This document shows positions 54,466 through 64,000 of a stretch of 64,000 nt of DNA, in pieces. Every line of letters begins with the position of its first letter. Position 1 is the stretch's first letter. The notes beneath the pieces were generated by a model. The model was given only the letters and a program-made list of their open reading frames with translations, had not been told where the DNA came from and did not search any database. Location of the stretch: NCBI RefSeq assembly GCF_009914755.1, contig NC_060946.1; one strand, given 5' to 3'. The stretch comes from the human T2T-CHM13v2.0 reference genome, Homo sapiens. The translations under genes were made by a program, and so were the position numbers.

Positions 54466-57400
54466 TCCAGTTTCCAACGAAATCCTGAAATCTATCCAAA
54501 TATCCCCTCGCAGATTCTACAAAAAGAGTGTTTCAAAACTGCTCTGTAAAAAGAAAGGTTCAACTCTATTAGTTGAGTACACACATCACAAACAAGTTTC
54601 ACAGAATGCTTCTTTCTAGCTTATAGGGGAAGATATTCCCTTTATCACCATGGGCCTCAAACCGTCCGAAACGTCCACTTCCATATACTACAAAAAGAGC
54701 GTTTCAAACCTGCTCTAGGAAAGGCAATGTTCAACTCTGTGACTTGAATGCAGACATCACAGAGCAGTTTCTGAGAATGCTTCTGTCTACATTTTATAGG
54801 AAGATATTCCCGTTTCCAACGAAATCTTCACAGCTATCCAAATATGCACTTGCAGATTCTACAAAAAGAGTGTATCAAAACTGCTCTGTCAAAAGGAAGG
54901 TTCTTCTCTGTTAGGTGAGTGCATACGTCATAAAGGAGTTTCTGAGAATGTTTCTGTCTAGTGGTTATGGGAAGATATTTGCTTTTTCACCGTAGGCCTC
55001 AGAGGGCTCCAAATATCCACTTGCACATACTACAAAAAGAGTGCCTCAAAGCTGCTCTCTGAAACGGAATGTTCAACTCTATGAGTTGAATGCAAACATC
55101 ACAAAGACGTTTCTGAGAACGCTTCTGTCTAGACTTGATATGAAGATATTCCCGTTTCCTACGAAATCTTCAAATCTATCCAAATGTCCACTTGCAGATT
55201 CAACAAAAAGTGTTTTTCAGAACTGCTCTATCAAAAGAAAGATCCACCTCTGTTAGCTGAGTTCACACATCACAAACAAGTTGATGAGAATGCTTCTGTC
55301 TAGTTTTTATTTGAAGATATTGCCTTTCTCACCATAGACCTGAAAGCTGTCCTAATGTTCACTTCCAGATACTACAGAAAGAGTTTTTCAAAACTGCTGT
55401 ACGAAAGGGAATGTTCAACTCTGTGACTTGAATGCACACATCACAAAGAAGTTTCTGAGGATGCTGCTGTCTACTTTTTATACGTAATCCCGTTTCCAAC
55501 GAAATCCTCCAAGCATTCCCAATATCCACTTGCAGATTCCACAGAAAGACTGTTTCAAAACTGCTCTGTCAATAGAAAGGTTCAACTCTGTTAGCTGCGT
55601 GCATATATCCCAAAGTAGATTCTGAGATTGCTTCTGTCTAGTTTTTATGGGAAGATATTTCCCTTTTCACCGTAGGCGTCAAGGCGCTCCAAATGTCCAC
55701 TTCCAGATACTACAAAAAGAGTGTTTCAAACCTACTCTGTGAAAGGGAATATTCAACTCTGTGACTTGAATGCACATATCACAAAGAAGTTTCTGAGAAT
55801 GCTTCTGTCGAGATTTTATATGAAGATATTCCCGTTTCCAACGAAATCCTGAAATCTATCCAAATATCCCCTCGCAGATTCTACAAAAAGAGTGTTTCAA
55901 AACTGCTCTGTAAAAAGAAAGGTTCAACTCTGTTAGTTGAGTACACACATCAAAAACAAGTTTCACAGAATGCTTCTTTCTAGCTTGTAGGGGAAGATAT
56001 TCCCTTTATCACCATGGGCCTCAAACCGTCCGAAACGTCCACTTCCATATACTACAAAAAGAGCGTTTCAAACCTGCTCTATGAAAGGCAATGTTCAACT
56101 CTGTGAATTGAATACAGACATCGCAGAGCAGTTCCTGAGAATGCTTCTGTCTAGATTTTATAGGAAGATATTCCCGTTTCCAACGAAATCTTCACAGCTA
56201 TCCAAATATCCACTTGCAGATCCTACAAAAAGAGTGTATCAAAACTGCTCTGTCAAAAGGAAGGTTCTTCTCTGTTAGGTGAGTGCATACGTCATAAAGG
56301 AGTTTCTGAGAATGTTTCTGTCTAGTGGTTATGGGAAGATATTTGCTTTTTCACCGTAGGCCTCAGAGCGCTCCAAATATCCACTTGCACATACTACAAA
56401 AAGAGTGCTTCAAAGCTGCTCTCTGAAACGGAATGTTCAACTCTATGAGTTGAATGCAAACATCACAAAGACGTTTCTGAGAATGCTTCTGTCTATATTT
56501 GATATGAAGATATTCCCGTTTCCAACGAAATCTTAAAATCTATCCAAATGTCCACTTGCAGATTCAACAAAAAGTGTTTTTCAGAACTGCTCTATCAAAA
56601 GAAAGATCCACCTCTGTAAGCTGAGTTCACACATCACAAACAAGTTTATAAGAATGCTTCTGTCTAGTTTTTATTTGAAGATATTTCCTTTCTCACCGTA
56701 GACCTGAAAGCTGTCCTAATGTTCACTTCCAGATACTACAGAAAGAGTGTTTCAAAACTGCTGTACGAAAGGGAATGTTCAACTCTGTGACTTGAATGCA
56801 CACATCACAAAGAAGTTTCTGAGGATGCTGCTGTCTACTTTTTATACGTAATCCCGTTTCCAACGAAATCCTCCAAGCTATCCAAATATCCACTTGCAGA
56901 TTCCACAGAAAGACTGTTTCAAAACTGCTCTGTCAATAGAAAGGTTCAACTCTGTTAGCTGCGTGCATATATCCCAAAGAAGATTCTGAGATTGCTTCTG
57001 TCTAGTTTTTATGGGAAGATATTTCCCTTTTCACCGTAGGCGTCAAGGCGCTCCAAATGTCCACTTCCAGATACTACAAAAAGAGTGTTTCAAACCTACT
57101 CTGTGAAAGGGAATATTCAACTCTGTGACTTGAATGCACATATCACAAAGAAGTTTCTGAGAATGCTTCTGTCGAGATTTTATATGAAGATATTCCAGTT
57201 TCCAACGAAATCCTGAAATCTATCCAAATATCCCCTCGCAGATTCCACAAAAAGAGTGTTTCAAAACTGCTCTGTAAAAAGAAAGGTTCAACTCTGTTAG
57301 TTGAGTACACATATCACAAACAAGTTTCACAGAATGCTTCTTTCTAGCTTGTAAGGGAAGATATTCCCTTTATCACCATGGGCCTCAAACCGTCCGAAAC

Positions 57401-60400
57401 GTCCACTTCCATATACTACAAAAAGAGCGTTTCAAACCTGCTCTAGGAAAGGCAATGTTCAACTCTGTGACTTGAATGCAGACATCACAGAGCAGTTTCT
57501 GAGAATGCTTCTGTCTAGATTTTATAGGAAGATATTCCCGTTTCCAACGAAATCTTCACAGCTATCCAAATATCCACTTGCAAATTCTACAAAAAGAGTG
57601 TATCAAAACTGCTCTGTCAAAAGGAAGGTTCTTCTCTGTTAATTGAGTACATACGTCATAAAGGAGTTTCTGAGAATGTTTCTGTCTAGTGGTTATGGGA
57701 AGATATTTGCTTTTTCACTTTAGGCCTCAGAGCACTCCAAATATCCCCTTGCACATACTACAAAAAGAGTGCTTCAAAGCTGCTCTCTGAAACGGAATGT
57801 TCAACTCTATGAGTTGAATGCAAACATGACAAAGACGTTTCCGAGAATGCTTCTGTCTAGATTTGATATGACGATATTCCCGTTTCCAACGAAATCTTCA
57901 AATCTATCCAAATGTCCACTTGCAGATTCAACAAAACGTGTTTTTCAGAACTGCTCTATCAAAAGAAAGATCCACCTCTGTTAGCTGAGTTCACACATCA
58001 GAAACAAGTTTATGAGAATGCTTCTGTCTAGTTTTTATTTGAAGATATTTCCTTTCTCACCATAGACCTGAAAGCTGTCCTAATGTTCACTTCCAGATAC
58101 TACAGAAAGAGTGTTTCAAAACTGCTGTACGAAAGGGAATGTTCAACTCTGTGACTTGAATGCACACATCACAAAGAAGTTTCTGAGGATGCTGCTGTCT
58201 ACTTTTTAAACGTAATCCCGTTTCCAATGAAATCCTCCAAGCTATCCAAATATCCACTTGCAGATTCCACAGAAAGACTGTTTCAAAACTGCTCTGTCAA
58301 TAGAAAGGTTCAACTCTGTTAGCTGCGTGCATATATCCCAAAGAAGATTCTGAGATTGCTTCTGTCTACTTTTTATGAGAAGATATTTCCCTTTTCACCG
58401 TAGGCGTCAAGGCGCTCCAAATGTCCACTTCCAGATACTACAAAAAGAGTGTTTCAAACCTACTCTGTGAAAGGGAATATTCAACTCTGTGACTTGAATG
58501 CACATATCACAAAGAAGCTTCTGAGAATGCTTCTGTCGAGATTTTATATGAAGATATTCCAGTTTCCAACGAAATCCTGAAATCTATCCAAATATCCCCT
58601 CGCAGATTCTACAAAAAGAGTGTTTCAAAACTGCTCTGTAAAAAGAAAGGTTCAACTCTATTAGTTGAGTACACACATCACAAACAAGTTTCACAGAATG
58701 CTTCTTTCTAGCTTATAGGGGAAGATATTCCCTTTATCACCATGGGCCTCAAACCGTCCGAAACGTCCACTTCCATATACTACAAAAAGAGCGTTTCAAA
58801 CCTGCTCTAGGAAAGGCAATGTTCAACTCTGTGACTTGAATGCAGACATCACAGAGCAGTTTCTGAGAATGCTTCTGTCTACATTTTATAGGAAGATATT
58901 CCCGTTTCCAACGAAATCTTCACAGCTATCCAAATATGCACTTGCAGATTCTACAAAAAGAGTGTATCAAAACTGCTCTGTCAAAAGGAAGGTTCTTCTC
59001 TGTTAGGTGAGTGCATACGTCATAAAGGAGTTTCTGAGAATGTTTCTGTCTAGTGGTTATGGGAAGATATTTGCTTTTTCACCGTAGGCCTCAGAGGGCT
59101 CCAAATATCCACTTGCACATACTACAAAAAGAGTGCCTCAAAGCTGCTCTCTGAAACGGAATGTTCAACTCTATGAGTTGAATGCAAACATCACAAAGAC
59201 GTTTCTGAGAACGCTTCTGTCTAGACTTGATATGAAGATATTCCCGTTTCCTACGAAATCTTCAAATCTATCCAAATGTCCACTTGCAGATTCAACAAAA
59301 AGTGTTTTTCAGAACTGCTCTATCAAAAGAAAGATCCACCTCTGTTAGCTGAGTTCACACATCACAAACAAGTTGATGAGAATGCTTCTGTCTAGTTTTT
59401 ATTTGAAGATATTGCCTTTCTCACCATAGACCTGAAAGCTGTCCTAATGTTCACTTCCAGATACTACAGAAAGAGTTTTTCAAAACTGCTGTACGAAAGG
59501 GAATGTTCAACTCTGTGACTTGAATGCACACATCACAAAGAAGTTTCTGAGGATGCTGCTGTCTACTTTTTATACGTAATCCCGTTTCCAACGAAATCCT
59601 CCAAGCATTCCCAATATCCACTTGCAGATTCCACAGAAAGACTGTTTCAAAACTGCTCTGTCAATAGAAAGGTTCAACTCTGTTAGCTGCGTGCATATAT
59701 CCCAAAGTAGATTCTGAGATTGCTTCTGTCTAGTTTTTATGGGAAGATATTTCCCTTTTCACCGTAGGCGTCAAGGCGCTCCAAATGTCCACTTCCAGAT
59801 ACTACAAAAAGAGTGTTTCAAACCTACTCTGTGAAAGGGAATATTCAACTCTGTGACTTGAATGCACATATCACAAAGAAGTTTCTGAGAATGCTTCTGT
59901 CGAGATTTTATATGAAGATATTCCCGTTTCCAACGAAATCCTGAAATCTATCCAAATATCCCCTCGCAGATTCTACAAAAAGAGTGTTTCAAAACTGCTC
60001 TGTAAAAAGAAAGGTTCAACTCTGTTAGTTGAGTACACACATCAAAAACAAGTTTCACAGAATGCTTCTTTCTAGCTTGTAGGGGAAGATATTCCCTTTA
60101 TCACCATGGGCCTCAAACCGTCCGAAACGTCCACTTCCATATACTACAAAAAGAGCGTTTCAAACCTGCTCTATGAAAGGCAATGTTCAACTCTGTGAAT
60201 TGAATACAGACATCGCAGAGCAGTTCCTGAGAATGCTTCTGTCTAGATTTTATAGGAAGATATTCCCGTTTCCAACGAAATCTTCACAGCTATCCAAATA
60301 TCCACTTGCAGATCCTACAAAAAGAGTGTATCAAAACTGCTCTGTCAAAAGGAAGGTTCTTCTCTGTTAGGTGAGTGCATACGTCATAAAGGAGTTTCTG

Positions 60401-62594
60401 AGAATGTTTCTGTCTAGTGGTTATGGGAAGATATTTGCTTTTTCACCGTAGGCCTCAGAGCGCTCCAAATATCCACTTGCACATACTACAAAAAGAGTGC
60501 TTCAAAGCTGCTCTCTGAAACGGAATGTTCAACTCTATGAGTTGAATGCAAACATCACAAAGACGTTTCTGAGAATGCTTCTGTCTATATTTGATATGAA
60601 GATATTCCCGTTTCCAACGAAATCTTAAAATCTATCCAAATGTCCACTTGCAGATTCAACAAAAAGTGTTTTTCAGAACTGCTCTATCAAAAGAAAGATC
60701 CACCTCTGTAAGCTGAGTTCACACATCACAAACAAGTTTATAAGAATGCTTCTGTCTAGTTTTTATTTGAAGATATTTCCTTTCTCACCGTAGACCTGAA
60801 AGCTGTCCTAATGTTCACTTCCAGATACTACAGAAAGAGTGTTTCAAAACTGCTGTACGAAAGGGAATGTTCAACTCTGTGACTTGAATGCACACATCAC
60901 AAAGAAGTTTCTGAGGATGCTGCTGTCTACTTTTTATACGTAATCCCGTTTCCAACGAAATCCTCCAAGCTATCCAAATATCCACTTGCAGATTCCACAG
61001 AAAGACTGTTTCAAAACTGCTCTGTCAATAGAAAGGTTCAACTCTGTTAGCTGCGTGCATATATCCCAAAGAAGATTCTGAGATTGCTTCTGTCTAGTTT
61101 TTATGGGAAGATATTTCCCTTTTCACCGTAGGCGTCAAGGCGCTCCAAATGTCCACTTCCAGATACTACAAAAAGAGTGTTTCAAACCTACTCTGTGAAA
61201 GGGAATATTCAACTCTGTGACTTGAATGCACATATCACAAAGAAGTTTCTGAGAATGCTTCTGTCGAGATTTTATATGAAGATATTCCAGTTTCCAACGA
61301 AATCCTGAAATCTATCCAAATATCCCCTCGCAGATTCCACAAAAAGAGTGTTTCAAAACTGCTCTGTAAAAAGAAAGGTTCAACTCTGTTAGTTGAGTAC
61401 ACATATCACAAACAAGTTTCACAGAATGCTTCTTTCTAGCTTGTAAGGGAAGATATTCCCTTTATCACCATGGGCCTCAAACCGTCCGAAACGTCCACTT
61501 CCATATACTACAAAAAGAGCGTTTCAAACCTGCTCTAGGAAAGGCAATGTTCAACTCTGTGACTTGAATGCAGACATCACAGAGCAGTTTCTGAGAATGC
61601 TTCTGTCTAGATTTTATAGGAAGATATTCCCGTTTCCAACGAAATCTTCACAGCTATCCAAATATCCACTTGCAAATTCTACAAAAAGAGTGTATCAAAA
61701 CTGCTCTGTCAAAAGGAAGGTTCTTCTCTGTTAATTGAGTACATACGTCATAAAGGAGTTTCTGAGAATGTTTCTGTCTAGTGGTTATGGGAAGATATTT
61801 GCTTTTTCACTTTAGGCCTCAGAGCACTCCAAATATCCCCTTGCACATACTACAAAAAGAGTGCTTCAAAGCTGCTCTCTGAAACGGAATGTTCAACTCT
61901 ATGAGTTGAATGCAAACATGACAAAGACGTTTCCGAGAATGCTTCTGTCTAGATTTGATATGACGATATTCCCGTTTCCAACGAAATCTTCAAATCTATC
62001 CAAATGTCCACTTGCAGATTCAACAAAACGTGTTTTTCAGAACTGCTCTATCAAAAGAAAGATCCACCTCTGTTAGCTGAGTTCACACATCAGAAACAAG
62101 TTTATGAGAATGCTTCTGTCTAGTTTTTATTTGAAGATATTTCCTTTCTCACCATAGACCTGAAAGCTGTCCTAATGTTCACTTCCAGATACTACAGAAA
62201 GAGTGTTTCAAAACTGCTGTACGAAAGGGAATGTTCAACTCTGTGACTTGAATGCACACATCACAAAGAAGTTTCTGAGGATGCTGCTGTCTACTTTTTA
62301 AACGTAATCCCGTTTCCAATGAAATCCTCCAAGCTATCCAAATATCCACTTGCAGATTCCACAGAAAGACTGTTTCAAAACTGCTCTGTCAATAGAAAGG
62401 TTCAACTCTGTTAGCTGCGTGCATATATCCCAAAGAAGATTCTGAGATTGCTTCTGTCTACTTTTTATGAGAAGATATTTCCCTTTTCACCGTAGGCGTC
62501 AAGGCGCTCCAAATGTCCACTTCCAGATACTACAAAAAGAGTGTTTCAAACCTACTCTGTGAAAGGGAATATTCAACTCTGTGACTTGAATGCA
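54140..62594. repeat. Near-perfect 3-HOR (4092 bp) tandem duplication
   Basis: ctctattag, ctacatttta, gagaacgctt, aagcattccc, gaattgaatacagacatcgc, tcttaaaatc, ctgtaagctg and ttgcaaattc all recur at +4092. Confidence 0.92.
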
Positions 62595-64000
62595 GATATC
62601 ACAAAGAAGTTTCTGAGAATGCTTCTGTCGAGATATTATATGAAGATACTCCCGTTTCCAACGAAATCCTGAAATGTATCCAAATATCCCCTCGCAGATT
62701 CTACAAAAAGAGTGTTTCAAAACTGCTCTGTAAAAAGAAAGGTTCAACTCTGTTAGTTGAGTACACACATCACAAACAAGTTTCACAGAATGCTTCTTTC
62801 TAGCTCGTAGGGGAAGATATACCCTTTATCACCATGGGCCTCAAACCGTCCGAAACGTCCACTTCCATATACTACAAAAAGAGAGTTTCAAACCTGCTCT
62901 AGGAAAAGCAATGTTCAACTCTGTGACTTGAATGCAGACATCACAGAGCAGTTTCTGAGAATGCTTCTGTCTAGATTTTATAGGAAGATATTCCCGTTTC
63001 CAACGAAATCTTCACAGCTATCCAAATATCCACTTGCAGATTCTACAAAAAGAGTGTATCAAAACTGCTCTGTCAAAAGGAAGGTTCTTCTCTGTTAATT
63101 GAGTACATACGTCATAAAGGAGTTTCTGAGAATGTTTCTGTCTAGTGGTTATGGGAAGATATTTGCTTTTTCACTTTAGGCCTCAGAGCACTCCAAATAT
63201 CCCCTTGCACATACTACAAAAAGAGTGCTTCAAAGCTGCTCTCTGAAACGGAATGTTCAAATCTATGAGTTGAATGCAAACATGACAAAGACGTTTCCGA
63301 GAATGCTTCTGTCTAGATTTGATATGACGATATTCCCGTTTCCAACGAAATCTTCAAATCTATCCAAATGTCCACTTGCAGATTCAACAAAACGTGTTTT
63401 TCAGAACTGCTCTATCAAAAGAAAGATCCACCTCTGTTAGCTGAGTTCACACATCAGAAACAAGTTTATGAGAATGCTTCTGTCTAGTTTTTATTTGAAG
63501 ATATTTCCTTTCTCACCATAGACCTGAAAGCTGTCCTAATGTTCACTTCCAGATACTACAGAAAGAGTGTTTCAAAACTGCTGTACGAAAGGGAATGTTC
63601 AACTCTGTGACTTGAATGCACACATCACAAAGAAGTTTCTGAGGATGCTGCTGTCTACTTTTTAAACGTAATCCCGTTTCCAATGAAATCCTCCAAGCTA
63701 TCCAAATATCCACTTGCAGATTCCACAGAAAGACTGTTTCAAAACTGCTCTGTCAATAGAAAGGTTCAACTCTGTTAGCTGCGTGCATATATCCCAAAGA
63801 AGATTCTGAGATTGCTTCTGTCTACTTTTTATGAGAAGATATTTCCCTTTTCACCGTAGGCGTCAAGGCGCTCCAAATGTCCACTTCCAGATACTACAAA
63901 AAGAGTGTTTCAAACCTACTCTGTGAAAGGGAATATTCAACTCTGTGACTTGAATGCAGATATCACAAAGAAGTTTCTGAGAATGCTTCTGTCGAGATAT

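Larger units (their letters stand above)
1..64000 (-). repeat. Alpha-satellite higher-order repeat array: 8 x ~171-bp monomers, 1364-bp HOR, ~47 copies, head-to-tail
   Basis: Typical alphoid motifs (ttcaactctgtgacttgaatgca, ttctgagaatgcttctgtct, tccacttgcagattc) recur every ~171 bp. Equivalent positions recur every 1364 bp (e.g. 1175, 2539, 3903, 5267, 6631, 7995) with only scattered substitutions. Strand is given as the one carrying the canonical CENP-B box. Confidence 0.99.
1..64000. other. Probable live centromeric SF2 array of human chromosome 14 or 22 (D14Z9/D22Z1, S2C14/22H1L)
   Basis: An 8-mer of 1364 bp with strict alternation of CENP-B-box and pJalpha monomers and high HOR homogeneity matches the known 8-mer shared by chr14 and chr22. 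Based on recall of HOR sizes; not confirmed by alignment, and chr14 cannot be told from chr22 here. Confidence 0.7.

Noticed and set aside
16285-59260. Box variants cccacgaa (~16295), ccgacgaa (~39136), cccgtgtcc (~39812) and cctacgaa (~55160, 59252)
   Set aside because: These changes fall at non-essential N positions of NTTCGNNNNANNCGGGN, so they were not counted as disrupted.
851-63440. Dozens of near-identical 60-95 aa ORFs
   Set aside because: They are chance open frames in satellite DNA. They repeat with the HOR period, mostly start at GTG, and appear or vanish with single substitutions; there is no gene structure or recognisable domain.
258-64000. Regularly spaced conserved motif resembling a CRISPR array
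   Set aside because: The motif is the CENP-B box. The intervening DNA is itself repeated alphoid monomer, not unique spacers, and no cas genes are present.
1-64000. L1/Alu insertion, inversion or other foreign DNA hidden in the array
   Set aside because: All marker spacings are accounted for by 1364, 1363 or the single 680-bp unit, leaving no room for an insertion, and orientation is constant.

Overview
The whole 64 kb window is primate (most likely human) centromeric alpha-satellite DNA. It is an uninterrupted, single-orientation array of ~171-bp monomers organised as an 8-monomer, 1364-bp higher-order repeat (HOR), about 47 copies. CENP-B boxes (minus strand) occur in every second monomer, spaced 342/342/342/338 bp, and alternate with pJalpha-type monomers. 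Unit size and dimeric organisation best fit the live SF2 HOR shared by chromosomes 14 and 22 (D14Z9/D22Z1); this assignment is from recall, not a search. I found no genes, RNA genes, transposon insertions or inversions, and all listed ORFs are artefacts of the repeat. I see no new gene system. The informative signal is the array's internal history, read by eye from shared variants: one out-of-register event at ~52.4 kb that looks like a 12-monomer (2044-bp) tandem duplication with its junction at a CENP-B box, nested 1-, 2-, 3- and 6-HOR tandem duplications, and clonal spread of HOR variants with broken CENP-B boxes.
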